Shown: positions 46,596-57,150, counted from the first letter of the stretch. The stretch: 64,000 nucleotides of DNA from a virus (IMGVR_UViG_2597490325_000001:96001-160000); one strand, 5' to 3'. Notes: generated by a model from the letters alone, not told the origin. Program-made: numbers and translations.

Positions 46596-48113
46596 TTATT
46601 TCTCTGTATTTGTACCCATAGCATCAGTAGTTACAGAACCAAGTTGCTTAAGGCCAGGGAACTTATTAGGTAGAGTCCAGATATCAGTAATCAACTCTTT
46701 AGCTATTTCGCCAAAGTTAGCTGTTTTAAATAGATATGAATAGATATTATCATTTACCATAGAGTCAATATCTTTCTTATCTTGAGGGAATATTGAGAAT
46801 TTGTTATTAGCAATTTCTTTGATATCCCTATCTATCTTAGCAATAATTACTGGATCTTTAGTCTTAGATTTAAGACGTTTCAATCCTTCAATAATATGCT
46901 TAGGTCTTGCTTTATTAGAGGGATGAGGATCAGCAATATTAATCAATTCTACAAAGCCTTCAAGAATATAATTAGATGTAAATGCCGCAATAAGAAGATA
47001 ATCATCCGAATTCAAAGGTTTATTCTTATTCAATTTATCCTGTACATCGACAAATGCACGTTTATCACGTACACCATACATACCTAATTTAGCAATACCG
47101 CTTGCTAATTCAGGGCCATACCCGTGCATTGCAGCAAAATCATCACAGAATTTTTCTTCAGCACTACCATCCATAGCTATCATACTCATAATTTTAGATG
47201 GTAAAGATACTACAAAACCGAGAATAGAAGTAATTTGCTGAGCTATATAGTTTATCAAGCTAGGAATAATTGATATCCCCATAATAGCTTCAAACTGCTT
47301 GGCTGTATTTACTGAGGTTTTACGAAAATTACCAATACCGTTGATAAATGCCATCATTACTTTATTAATACCACCGAATACTTTTTCATACATTTCGTCC
47401 GGCATATTATTTCTAAGAAGGTTTAGAAGCTTAGCTAGCAATACTACAGGAAAATCAAAAGCTGATTGACACGCAGATACTAATTTAGCTGAGTAAGAAC
47501 CTCTATAGAAATTATGTCCTATTTCATGTAAAATTACAGAAAGTATTTCACCTGATGTTAAAGCTGTATCAGCAAATAATGGTGTAGTAATAGTAATATC
47601 AAGAATACCTGCAACCATAGGGTTTTTATATTTGATTTGTTTACCAGTATTTTCAATTACTGAATTATCAAATGGGATAAACCTATTTACTTGAGACATT
47701 GATTTAAAAGTAAATGCATTAGGCATAAATGCCATAAGAGCCATTGGAAGCTCTTTAGTTTTACCTTTAGTCAGAGCATCATATACCAATATGGCTATAA
47801 AACCGGAGTCTAAAACCCCTAAGTTAATATTACAGCCAGCAAACCCAAAATATTTAGCAATTAAATTACCTAATTCACGAGTTTCTGAATGAAGTTTCTT
47901 AACGTTCTTCTCTTTTGAAATTTTAGTACGGATGTCATCAATAGCTTTCTCCATTTTAAGTAATTCAGGAGTTTTTGCAAAGTACACATCTTCAGTAAGT
48001 AAGGTCTTTCCAAGAATATTCTTTTCTAGAGTATTAAAATTGCATATTCCTTCTTCTAAAAAGAATTTCTCTAATGATTCTTTCAATTCATCTTGTTCTG
48101 CAAACGTAAGCAT
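46596..48113 (-). CDS. Zinc metalloprotease (M48-like), late operon
   Basis: E..SVILHEIGH, EKFCDDFA...GYG.ELASG, HP...R. Confidence 0.75.
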   Translation of the reverse strand: MLTFAEQDELKESLEKFFLEEGICNFNTLEKNILGKTLLTEDVYFAKTPELLKMEKAIDDIRTKISKEKNVKKLHSETRELGNLIAKYFGFAGCNINLGVLDSGFIAILVYDALTKGKTKELPMALMAFMPNAFTFKSMSQVNRFIPFDNSVIENTGKQIKYKNPMVAGILDITITTPLFADTALTSGEILSVILHEIGHNFYRGSYSAKLVSACQSAFDFPVVLLAKLLNLLRNNMPDEMYEKVFGGINKVMMAFINGIGNFRKTSVNTAKQFEAIMGISIIPSLINYIAQQITSILGFVVSLPSKIMSMIAMDGSAEEKFCDDFAAMHGYGPELASGIAKLGMYGVRDKRAFVDVQDKLNKNKPLNSDDYLLIAAFTSNYILEGFVELINIADPHPSNKARPKHIIEGLKRLKSKTKDPVIIAKIDRDIKEIANNKFSIFPQDKKDIDSMVNDNIYSYLFKTANFGEIAKELITDIWTLPNKFPGLKQLGSVTTDAMGTNTEK

Positions 48114-48122
48114 TTTTTATCC

Positions 48123-49283
48123 TTACTTACAATGGTTTATAATTAGTATAAATACAAAGTATGAATACAGTGCATTTCGATAAGACATTTTAGTCGCTAA
48201 TCTTTGTGTCATAGCATATTTAGAAGAATATATAGAAAGTAATCTATCTAATTCATCTTTCAACGCAATAAGGTTTTGGTTGGAGGAGTTTGATACAGAT
48301 AACTGTTTTAAAGCGGTAATGGCAAAATCGGTAGTGCATACCCTGCCAATAAGTGCCGGATCAGCATCGTAAATAACTCCAACTAAGTGAGTCATAAACT
48401 CTTTAACAGTAGTAGGACTTTCATTCTTACGAATACTTGCTAAAGTCTGATATACTGTACTAGATGGGATAGAGTTCTTAGCGGCTACTTTCTGAACGAT
48501 ACTCAAATCCACATTACTAGACATGAAATACGTTACTGTTCCTTCTGCCAAGTTCTGGATAACACCTGTACTATTTTCATAGTCTAGTAAGTTACCAGAT
48601 TCATCATCATAGGTTTTTACAGTATTGAGATAGTTCTTTTTAGCACGGTTATTATAGTATTCTTTTGCAATATTCATAATGATTTTATTCAAACGAGAGA
48701 ATATCTGCGTTAAATAATCATTAAGCATCTCATCATTACCTTCAAGAAGTTTCTTCTCATAGTATTGATGTGAATTGAATACTACATCTTTAATAACCCC
48801 GTAGTTATTTTTGGCAGCTTTATATTTAAACTTATCTGAAAGATCATTCAGAGTAAATGCCATAATTTGCTGGTTAACACCATGCTTAAAGTATTTAGGG
48901 AAAAGACCAGAATAGATTTTCAAACTCATATACATGAGAATCAATTCTAAATCGGCTTGTCTTTTTTGTTTATCTAGATCACGAATCATATAACATGAAA
49001 GGATATAGAATGGGTTATTAAGTATCTGCCAGCTAGCTTTAATACTAGGTACTTGCTTAATAACTGCTTTAACTTCTGCCTCTGTTACGCCTACAAACTC
49101 AAGAATAACATCTTGGTCTCTATTAGTAAAGAGTAATCTAGTCATTGGCCCTTGAGCAAAAATTACTTCATGATTCTTATCCATATAGTTAATAATATGC
49201 TTTTTCAAATTAGCAAATTTAACTTTATCATTGATAGCATCATTAATCTTTTTCTCAAAGTTCTTTAAAATAAATGTGCTCAT
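48123..49283 (-). CDS. Hypothetical late protein
   Basis: Helical, about 386 aa; ATG 49283 follows GAGGA RBS. Confidence 0.75.
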   Translation of the reverse strand: MSTFILKNFEKKINDAINDKVKFANLKKHIINYMDKNHEVIFAQGPMTRLLFTNRDQDVILEFVGVTEAEVKAVIKQVPSIKASWQILNNPFYILSCYMIRDLDKQKRQADLELILMYMSLKIYSGLFPKYFKHGVNQQIMAFTLNDLSDKFKYKAAKNNYGVIKDVVFNSHQYYEKKLLEGNDEMLNDYLTQIFSRLNKIIMNIAKEYYNNRAKKNYLNTVKTYDDESGNLLDYENSTGVIQNLAEGTVTYFMSSNVDLSIVQKVAAKNSIPSSTVYQTLASIRKNESPTTVKEFMTHLVGVIYDADPALIGRVCTTDFAITALKQLSVSNSSNQNLIALKDELDRLLSIYSSKYAMTQRLATKMSYRNALYSYFVFILIINHCK

Positions 49284-49304
49284 TTTAAAAATCCTCAATA
49301 ATTC

Positions 49305-49316
49305 TAATGAGTTGTT
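49305..49316 (-). promoter_or_regulatory. Late-type promoter motif
   Basis: AACAACTCATTAG. Confidence 0.65.
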
Positions 49317-49322
49317 AAAGAG

Positions 49323-49352
49323 TCCCCATATAGGAATGAACCTATATGGGGA
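49323..49352 (-). terminator. Intergenic hairpin (family-related)
   Basis: TCCCCATATAGG-AATGAA-CCTATATGGGGA. Confidence 0.75.
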
Positions 49353-49357
49353 ATATC

Positions 49358-50332
49358 TTAAATTAACTCAGTAGAGCTACGTTCCATGTACTCTTTACGA
49401 GCATTACGCATCTTCAGAGCAAACGTTTCGACGTTAGATTCTACCAGACCAAACATATTAAGAGTTTCGAGAATGGTCATATTCAGAACAGTTTCATTTA
49501 AGAAATCTTCTGGTTCACCAGAATTATGCTCATTCATAATTTTAACAGTAGAGAAAATTTCTCTTGTAATATTGTGAGCATTATTTTCTTTACGAATGCG
49601 TTCTTTAATATTTTTGGCAGCAATTGGATTCAGGCCTTCAGTCATTACATCTTCATTAAATGCAACTGAATTTTGAATACGCTGTACTTCGTTAGCATAG
49701 GATTTAACTACACGATCACGAATTGTCTCAGACATCTTACCAACCAATGACGCAGCAATACCTTCATTCATGTAGATATACTTCTCATCAGCCTTGCCGC
49801 CTCTAGCCGTTACAGTATCAACTACGTTAATAGCTTTAAAGACTTTCTCTACCTGACCTTCACCAGCATAATTAAAATGAGGATCATAGTCAACACGCAT
49901 AGCTGCAACTTTGTTGATTAAATCAGCAGGAGTACTTTTGTTAGCTCCACCAATTTCAACTACACGATAATGAGAAGATTGTTCACGTAGAGTTTCAAAT
50001 GGATTAGATACAACTACACTACGGAAATTATCAACACATTCATTAATAGCTTGTACTACTCTATCAATAGGAGTCTCTTTAATACCATCAATAGGACATG
50101 CGTTTCTAACGATATCTGCTACCGACTCTTTAAGAGCTTGAATATGTTTATTTCTTTTTTCGGCAATCTTAGATTGCTTTTTAGAACGAGAGGATTTAAA
50201 AGGGGAGAAGGAACGTTGAGTTACTTCTTCTTTAAGAATTTTTTCAGATTCTTCTCTTTTAGCAGCTCGCTGTTCAGCAAGAGTGCGAAAAGCACTTGAT
50301 CTCTGCTGTGATTTTTTAACGTGCTTAAGCAT
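49358..50332 (-). CDS. Hypothetical late protein, possible scaffold/core component
   Basis: 324 aa, many L/M/F-x-E sites, AAGGA RBS. Confidence 0.7.
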   Translation of the reverse strand: MLKHVKKSQQRSSAFRTLAEQRAAKREESEKILKEEVTQRSFSPFKSSRSKKQSKIAEKRNKHIQALKESVADIVRNACPIDGIKETPIDRVVQAINECVDNFRSVVVSNPFETLREQSSHYRVVEIGGANKSTPADLINKVAAMRVDYDPHFNYAGEGQVEKVFKAINVVDTVTARGGKADEKYIYMNEGIAASLVGKMSETIRDRVVKSYANEVQRIQNSVAFNEDVMTEGLNPIAAKNIKERIRKENNAHNITREIFSTVKIMNEHNSGEPEDFLNETVLNMTILETLNMFGLVESNVETFALKMRNARKEYMERSSTELI

Positions 50333-50369
50333 TTTTTAACATTCCTTAAGGATTCTTACAACAGTTAAC

Positions 50370-50381
50370 TAAAACCTTGTT
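50370..50381 (-). promoter_or_regulatory. Late-type promoter motif
   Basis: AACAAGGTTTTAG. Confidence 0.65.
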
Positions 50382-50386
50382 ATATA

Positions 50387-52978
50387 TTAAATATAAGTGA
50401 TATCAATACCGTAGTCAAAATCTTGAGTAGTATTAATAGATGGTAAGACTTTAGTTACAGTTAAATATTCTGGAACGTAATCGTATGGAAGGTTCTCTGT
50501 CTTAGCACTAGTATATGCAGTTTTTTCAATATTCTGAATATTTGCACCGTTTACTGAGAAGAACTTAATGAACCTAATAGTACTAAAATTAGTTTCCAGA
50601 TGTGTTATCATATTAGATATTGAGAAACGTTTATCTGATTGATTATTGCAAGCTTCTATAAATGATACAACTTCAGCTTTAATCTCTTTATCTATAGCTT
50701 CTGTAGCTGTTGTAGTTAGGGCTATACTCATCTTAATTCTTAAATCAATAGTATCAGAACTGAAATATCTAGATACACCATAACTATTAAAGAATTTAGT
50801 ATCGATTGAGGTATTATTTTCTAACTGAGCAGTAACACTTCGAATTGCAGTAAGGTTATCTACAAAGTCATTCATAATTTCGTTATTCTGGAATTGGTTC
50901 ATGTAGAACAATGCACCGATTACAGGAACTTTAGAGATAGAGATTTTACTAGTACTAGTATCAATAATAGTTTCATGATACATGATATCAGATAAATCAT
51001 CTGCAAATGAAATCTTATCAATGCCATCTACATCACAAATGAATGCATAATTATTTAAATCAGCCATTCTTTCATATACTGTACCAGTTTTAGCTGCATC
51101 AATAGTCGTATCATTGATCAATACTGCTAAACGAATAGTATATGTAGTTTCAATCGGGAAATCTTCATAAGTGGTGAAGTTATCTGGATTGATAATGAAA
51201 TCTTTAATAATGTAATATCCATCACTAGTAAAAGTATCTTCTGTATTAACTTTAGCAGAAAATACAGTAGTTTTATCTTCTCTAGTTAAATCAAAGTATC
51301 CTTTAAGAATAGTACCGTCATAAATCAGAGCACGTACTTTCAAATTAGCGGGATCAGCCGAATCGGTATTAACGTTACATGATACAGTAAAATCATTAAT
51401 ATCAGTTAAAGGATTACGAGCTATGTCAATGGTATTAATGATAGCTTGATAAGGGGAACGAATATTATAAGAATTATATTCCGTTGTAATGCTTTTATCA
51501 TAATTGGTATGATAGACATTTGTCTTAGGAAACTCTTTAAAATCAATATTCATTAAGAATGGAATAGCGTAAATGAAGTTATCATTATTTGATAAGTAAA
51601 CATCTGGATATTCATCATCTGATAGTAATCGGTATTTACTTGTGACTCTATCATAAATTACCAAAGTTCCAGGCTTAATACTATAATTCATATTCTCTAA
51701 TTCAGATAAAGAGAATTCTAAATCTACAGTATTAGTAGGAATAGTTACACCATCACTATTTTTACCTAGTACATACAAAGTAAACTGACGTCTAAAGATG
51801 TCATCCCGTAATTTAACTATCTGGTACTCGGAATTAGATGAAAGATTTTCTCTTTTAAACTTATCAAAATAAGTTTCCAAATCATAAGTAGTAGTATAGT
51901 TATCACGGGTTCTTAACTGTTGAATAAGGGCTAATTTAGTCTCTTGGAAAGACTTAATAGCCTCACCACCAGTAGATTTACCAGTAGTAGCCGATACTTT
52001 AACTGTAATATTATCAAGACGTGTATCTTTTATATTAATACTGCCAGAATAGCTAAAATTACCTTCTTCTGCCTTAGTAGTGTATACGCTAATTTTTACT
52101 TTAGAATTATAATCAGGTCTAAATCCAGCTGATTCAGAACTGAAGTATATACGTAATGTATCATCCCCTACAAAGGTGTAGTAACAATATTGAGATGTAG
52201 TAGGTTGATCGATTTCGTTAAAAATTAATTCTAAATCAGAATATGATGAAGTAGTAGTATTATTGGCATTGTAAGAAGCTTGGAAAGAAGCTATATTGGA
52301 GCCGTAATTTACTTCAATTATACCTGCATCAAGAATATCATTACTTGAAATAGTAAAGATAAAGTCTTGCTTAGTTAACTGGTAGATTTCTGCTGAAATA
52401 GTAATATAATCAACGCCGCCCTCAGTACTAACAAAACTCTTAAGATATGGGGTTTGAATACTAATAGGCTTATAACTATATGATTCAAAGTCGTAGTAAG
52501 CATTTACTGCAAGCTTACTTGATGTTGAACGATAAAAGTTAATTACTAAATCATATGGTAATAAGAAACTATATCCTGAGACATCAAATTTAATATCTTT
52601 AGATATAGTAAATGTCTTAGTGGCGTTGCCAGAAGAGCTATCTGTAGCAATTTTCTCAATCTCATTGACTGGAAGTTTGATAGCAATTGGCATTTTAGAA
52701 GGAACAGCTAAACTAATATCATAATTTAACGTCTTAGCCCAATTATATAAAGTACCATTTAAGTTTGCATTAATAAGAAAGAATTCATTAAAAAGTACGT
52801 CTCTATGGAACGCACTATCTCTCATTGCATGAGCATTAAGGGCAGTAGTATATCCAAACATACCCGTTTTTAGTAATGAAATGTCATTAATGCTATAGAA
52901 TTTTTGAGCAAGTCTAAGAGACTTCTCCTGAAACAGATATTCTGATTCAGTAATACTAGTTGTAGTGGAAGTTGCCAT
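50387..52978 (-). CDS. Baseplate wedge protein (T4 gp6/baseplate J-like)
   Basis: NEFFL..A.....LY..AK..NY, Y.T..E.GN, TGG.......K......R....T..D. Confidence 0.68.
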   Translation of the reverse strand: MATSTTTSITESEYLFQEKSLRLAQKFYSINDISLLKTGMFGYTTALNAHAMRDSAFHRDVLFNEFFLINANLNGTLYNWAKTLNYDISLAVPSKMPIAIKLPVNEIEKIATDSSSGNATKTFTISKDIKFDVSGYSFLLPYDLVINFYRSTSSKLAVNAYYDFESYSYKPISIQTPYLKSFVSTEGGVDYITISAEIYQLTKQDFIFTISSNDILDAGIIEVNYGSNIASFQASYNANNTTTSSYSDLELIFNEIDQPTTSQYCYYTFVGDDTLRIYFSSESAGFRPDYNSKVKISVYTTKAEEGNFSYSGSINIKDTRLDNITVKVSATTGKSTGGEAIKSFQETKLALIQQLRTRDNYTTTYDLETYFDKFKRENLSSNSEYQIVKLRDDIFRRQFTLYVLGKNSDGVTIPTNTVDLEFSLSELENMNYSIKPGTLVIYDRVTSKYRLLSDDEYPDVYLSNNDNFIYAIPFLMNIDFKEFPKTNVYHTNYDKSITTEYNSYNIRSPYQAIINTIDIARNPLTDINDFTVSCNVNTDSADPANLKVRALIYDGTILKGYFDLTREDKTTVFSAKVNTEDTFTSDGYYIIKDFIINPDNFTTYEDFPIETTYTIRLAVLINDTTIDAAKTGTVYERMADLNNYAFICDVDGIDKISFADDLSDIMYHETIIDTSTSKISISKVPVIGALFYMNQFQNNEIMNDFVDNLTAIRSVTAQLENNTSIDTKFFNSYGVSRYFSSDTIDLRIKMSIALTTTATEAIDKEIKAEVVSFIEACNNQSDKRFSISNMITHLETNFSTIRFIKFFSVNGANIQNIEKTAYTSAKTENLPYDYVPEYLTVTKVLPSINTTQDFDYGIDITYI

Positions 52979-52979
52979 G

Positions 52980-53990
52980 TTAGCTCCAGTTATTATTCAC
53001 ACCATTAGGGTATCTAGGATCTTTAGTCTCACCCATTCTGAGTGAATAAATCGGCATACCATTCTCATTAACTTGCTCTTTCTGTATAGACGGGTTAACG
53101 TCACTGGCAGCTAAGTTAACTGAGTTTTCATAGAAGTATTTACCAGTAAAGTCCATTATCTGTGATTTACTATCACTGCTTCCTAATAGATTAAAATCAT
53201 TAAGAATAGCAATATTCATTTCCTCCTTATAGGAGAATTTAAATGAACATTGTACACTATCTATAATTGAGCCTTGTCCATCCTGAGATTGGAAAACGTC
53301 ATATGGAATATTTCCTGGATAAATACCAGTATATTTAGCCCAATATATTAAAGTCTTACCATCTGGTCTGGTTACAAAATGATACATTGAAGACATATAG
53401 TCAAAGTATGAAGTCTGAGAAGAACCCATATTGGACGAAGCAGCTACAGCTGACATTATATCACCTAAGAATGCACCTTCAATATATTCACTCCATAACT
53501 TCATGCTTTTAAGAACAGTAATATTCTGATCTTCTAAGAATGCCATTTCAAACTCACCGCCAATACGTGAGTCTTTTGCAGTAGTACCCATTAGAATTTT
53601 ATATTTATTCCATGTTTCTGCATAGTCTTGGCTATCTAATACTACTGGAGAAGCAGGAAAAGATGTAGCTCGGTTAGTTAATAGTGGCATAAATATACCA
53701 CTCCTACCCGCTAACATATTCACAATATTCGTTGAATAAATACTATCGCCATATCCAGGAAGTTTTAAGAAATTTGAATTATTCTTCAATAATACTTCCG
53801 TGTTTATCCCTGCCCCAACTCCACTAAAATTACCAGAAGTTAAAGATAGATCAGGCGATGTAAAGAAAACGTAATTGTATAAATTAGTTGCAGGGTCATA
53901 AGTAGGACGTCTGTCAAGAAAGAATTCTCCAAACTCTCTATCAGTTCTTTCGACAGCAACATCTATTGATTTTACTTCTTCGTAACTCAT
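52980..53990 (-). CDS. Putative baseplate/tail-tube initiator protein
   Basis: 336 aa; YWAKYTGIYP...P tube-like segment; upstream of wedge. Confidence 0.5.
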   Translation of the reverse strand: MSYEEVKSIDVAVERTDREFGEFFLDRRPTYDPATNLYNYVFFTSPDLSLTSGNFSGVGAGINTEVLLKNNSNFLKLPGYGDSIYSTNIVNMLAGRSGIFMPLLTNRATSFPASPVVLDSQDYAETWNKYKILMGTTAKDSRIGGEFEMAFLEDQNITVLKSMKLWSEYIEGAFLGDIMSAVAASSNMGSSQTSYFDYMSSMYHFVTRPDGKTLIYWAKYTGIYPGNIPYDVFQSQDGQGSIIDSVQCSFKFSYKEEMNIAILNDFNLLGSSDSKSQIMDFTGKYFYENSVNLAASDVNPSIQKEQVNENGMPIYSLRMGETKDPRYPNGVNNNWS

Positions 53991-54012
53991 GATATTTACC
54001 CTAATTAGAATC

Positions 54013-54024
54013 TAAACTTTTGTT
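54013..54024 (-). promoter_or_regulatory. Late-type promoter motif
   Basis: AACAAAAGTTTAG. Confidence 0.65.
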
Positions 54025-54083
54025 CCATATAAGTAAATATTAATAAATTTCAATTAATATTAAAAGAATAAATCTAATTATAG

Positions 54084-54095
54084 AACAAGTGTTTA
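54084..54095 (+). promoter_or_regulatory. Late-type promoter motif
   Basis: AACAAGTGTTTAG. Confidence 0.65.
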
Positions 54096-54144
54096 GTTCT
54101 ATAGAAACTAATAAGCTTATTTGTTTATATGAAGGAATCTCTAT

Positions 54145-55269
54145 ATGTTTGAAGATAATCAAACTTCAAATCTTTTAAATGAGGAATCTGTTGTCGAAGC
54201 TATTTTAGGTACCATTTCTAAAGTAGGTAATTTTGCAATTGACAAATTCTCCTCCTCCAAAGGCTTTGATGACCTTAATAAAAAAGCTAAAGAGAATAGT
54301 CTTACTCTTTATGCTCTTGTCAGCTCCAATGTACCAGCCGACTATTACAAATTAATCTCTGGTGGTCTGGAAGCGAAGATTGCTACTCTTATTGAAGTTA
54401 TTGCTAAGAATGAGATTTCTAAAGATGTGGCATCTGCTAAGGAATTCATCCAGAAATCCCTTACCAATACTACTATGGATTCACTTATTAATTTAGGTAA
54501 AACTCAGGCTAATAAAGCTTTAGGATTATCTGAAGATGTGAAAACTCCACGTAGAAAAGTAAGCGCTGATATGAATTCTCCTATCGTTAATCGTAAGATT
54601 GATGTCAAGACTTCAGAATTAGCTGGTAGAGATAAACCATTTATTTCTCCAGGAAGACTCTTTACCTTTGATATTCGTGCAACTAATGCCCGTGGTGATG
54701 TAGTGAGTCTTACTTATAGCATCTTTGTGAAAGTTAACTTGATCGTTATTGATAGCGATATGTTACTGGTAGCAATGTCTGATGCTAAAGAAAGTTCCAC
54801 TCTCTACCAATATATCAAACACCGTGCATCTGGTGGTGGTTTCGGTAGCTTCTTTAAAGATGTTATCCTTAATCTGAAAACTCTAGACCGTAAAGTAGCT
54901 AGAGCTACTTCTAATAGTCTGGAAGATCGTATTTTAAATGACCTTATTCGTAATAAAGGTTTAGTTGCACCTAATACTACTATGGTCAGCGATTACCTCC
55001 CTGAATTGAAGAAGTTCATGGTTGTAATTGATAAATCTGATGCAGATAGATTGGGTTCAGAGTTTAATTCTACTCTGACTAGTGGCTCTAATCTTAAAGC
55101 TTTCTTTGGTAACATGAACATGCTTTCTCTGTGTGTTATTGATACCGCTAGAGATAAAGCAACCATGTTTGACTCAGACAAACCTACTGAAATGATGGTA
55201 GTTTCTTTACGTGATGTATCACAAGATAAGAAAATTGCTGAAGTCTTCTCCAAAATCTATTCTCGCTAA
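54145..55269 (+). CDS. Putative virion structural protein
   Basis: 374 aa, late motif, LLNEE leader. Confidence 0.7.
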   Translation: MFEDNQTSNLLNEESVVEAILGTISKVGNFAIDKFSSSKGFDDLNKKAKENSLTLYALVSSNVPADYYKLISGGLEAKIATLIEVIAKNEISKDVASAKEFIQKSLTNTTMDSLINLGKTQANKALGLSEDVKTPRRKVSADMNSPIVNRKIDVKTSELAGRDKPFISPGRLFTFDIRATNARGDVVSLTYSIFVKVNLIVIDSDMLLVAMSDAKESSTLYQYIKHRASGGGFGSFFKDVILNLKTLDRKVARATSNSLEDRILNDLIRNKGLVAPNTTMVSDYLPELKKFMVVIDKSDADRLGSEFNSTLTSGSNLKAFFGNMNMLSLCVIDTARDKATMFDSDKPTEMMVVSLRDVSQDKKIAEVFSKIYSR

Positions 55270-55283
55270 GGTAGGATATAGAA

Positions 55284-56375
55284 ATGTCAAATGTATCAAA
55301 CTTTATCAATGAAAAGACTAAAGCTTTCTACCAGAATGATTTGCTTAGTGAACAGGCTTATAATCGTCTGAATACTACAGATAAGAATTCGGCTAAACTT
55401 CAAGCAGTATTGACGGAATATGTCAATATGAAAGAAGTTTTCAAAGATTTCTTTGGCGGTAAAGTAGATTCTTCTGAAAAAGAATTAAAAGCTTTGTCTA
55501 ATGCAAAAGCTCCTCTTTTCCAACAGATTTCTAAGTCTGCTGGCGATATTCGTAAAGTTCAAGATGCTGCTAATGTACGTGAATTGCTGAGATTTGCTAT
55601 CTCTACTAATAATTCATATACTGGTAGTGCATCTAAGAGTGATTTGTATAGCTTCATTAATGTGGCTAACAATATCACTGATCTTTTTGATAAGATGGCT
55701 GCTTCTGCCAATGATTTTAAGAAAGCCATGATTCGTGAAGCATCTGTTGCTTCGGATAAGCGTTTTGTAACTAATCTATACATGTCTCTGGCATATTTGA
55801 TTACTGTTACTGGTTCTGTGGTCTATTCATCTTCTTTGGAAGCTGATTTTGACTATACTAGTGCTAAGCCTATCGTTAAGAATCTGTATTTTTCCTATAA
55901 ATCTGACGCGGTTCCAGAACAAGTCAAGTATATTGGCTTTGCTGCTGATCAATTCCGTAAAGGCTCTCAGAAGAAAATTCTTCAGGGTATGCTCAATGAG
56001 GAATTTGAATTTGCTGAAGAACGTATTGCATTAAATGAAAACATTTTTGATGTTATTGTTGGTCTGGTAGCTAAATCAGATCTCCTGTCAGACCTGTTCT
56101 TAATGCCTGTATATCTTCTGCGTTGGGTAGTATTCTCAATCAAATATCTGGTAGGTAGCATTAAATCTGTCTCCGATAATATTGCTGAGTCTATTGCTCT
56201 TCAGAAACAGCAGCTAGTAACCAAAGATCAATTTGACGACTATAAGCAGCGTTCTAACAAACTGGCATTCAGTATGAACCAGACTGCTATGAAAGCTGAT
56301 TCAGCCGTTGAATTAGAAGCCAGTAAAGACAAGAAGACTTTAAATAATCTTCGGTCTCAAGGTTTAGTACTTTAA
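55284..56375 (+). CDS. Putative virion structural protein
   Basis: 363 aa with two hydrophobic stretches and L-x-E sites. Confidence 0.7.
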   Translation: MSNVSNFINEKTKAFYQNDLLSEQAYNRLNTTDKNSAKLQAVLTEYVNMKEVFKDFFGGKVDSSEKELKALSNAKAPLFQQISKSAGDIRKVQDAANVRELLRFAISTNNSYTGSASKSDLYSFINVANNITDLFDKMAASANDFKKAMIREASVASDKRFVTNLYMSLAYLITVTGSVVYSSSLEADFDYTSAKPIVKNLYFSYKSDAVPEQVKYIGFAADQFRKGSQKKILQGMLNEEFEFAEERIALNENIFDVIVGLVAKSDLLSDLFLMPVYLLRWVVFSIKYLVGSIKSVSDNIAESIALQKQQLVTKDQFDDYKQRSNKLAFSMNQTAMKADSAVELEASKDKKTLNNLRSQGLVL

Positions 56376-56381
56376 TATACT

Positions 56382-56409
56382 CCCATATCCTCTATCAAGG
56401 GGATATGGG
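56382..56409 (+). terminator. Conserved intergenic hairpin (family copy)
   Basis: CCCATATCCTCT-ATCA-AGGGGATATGGG. Confidence 0.8.
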
Positions 56410-56430
56410 GTATTTACTCTTTTTTCGTTA

Positions 56431-56446
56431 ATATATTATTAAAGTG
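56431..56446 (+). promoter_or_regulatory. Early-type promoter motif
   Basis: ATATATTAT-TAAAGT-G. Confidence 0.65.
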
Positions 56447-56505
56447 AAAGTAAAATTAGTATTAAAATATAATATTTTACCATAAACTCATCAAGGCTAA
56501 AAACT

Positions 56506-57150
56506 ATGAATATCAAATTTTCAGAAAGTACTATCAATTACTTTGGTCAGGATAAACTTGATTCTGCATTAAAAGATATCAAAAAGAAATTCGGAGATAT
56601 TGATTGCTTTATTCCAATCAGTGTCTCTATAAGTGAGTGCCTCTACGTCAATGGTAGCCCAGTATTAAACAATGCAGGGCATACTTCATTAGTACGTGGT
56701 TTGTTTGACAGCCTTACTGTTAAAGTACAGCTTAATGAAATCTATCTTTGTGATAGCAAATTGTCTTATGAAACACTGTTACATGAAATGTTTCATGCAG
56801 TTGAAATGAGTGCTCTTCTTCTTCAGATGTGGTATGATGAAGAAGCTAAAGAGATCTTAGTTAAAGATCTCGTATCCAATACTACAACTGTTATTGACAA
56901 AAAATACCGTAAATCTGTTAAGTACCATGATTCATTGACATTTGAATCAAGAGCTATTAGTTTTGCAAAAGAACATGCCCCTCAACGTTCCTTTATGGAA
57001 AAAATTAAAGGTTCTTATGAAGTCCTTAAAGCTGTCTTTAAAAAATCAGCTGTTGGGTTTGGTATTTCATTCAGCTTAGAAAGTGAAGTTGCATTTACGT
57101 CAGAAGACAATGTAATGGCTGTAGCTTCACTAACTCCGTTTAAACTATAA
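56506..57150 (+). CDS. Putative zincin-like metallopeptidase
   Basis: TLLHEMFHAVE and downstream FESRA. Confidence 0.6.
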   Translation: MNIKFSESTINYFGQDKLDSALKDIKKKFGDIDCFIPISVSISECLYVNGSPVLNNAGHTSLVRGLFDSLTVKVQLNEIYLCDSKLSYETLLHEMFHAVEMSALLLQMWYDEEAKEILVKDLVSNTTTVIDKKYRKSVKYHDSLTFESRAISFAKEHAPQRSFMEKIKGSYEVLKAVFKKSAVGFGISFSLESEVAFTSEDNVMAVASLTPFKL

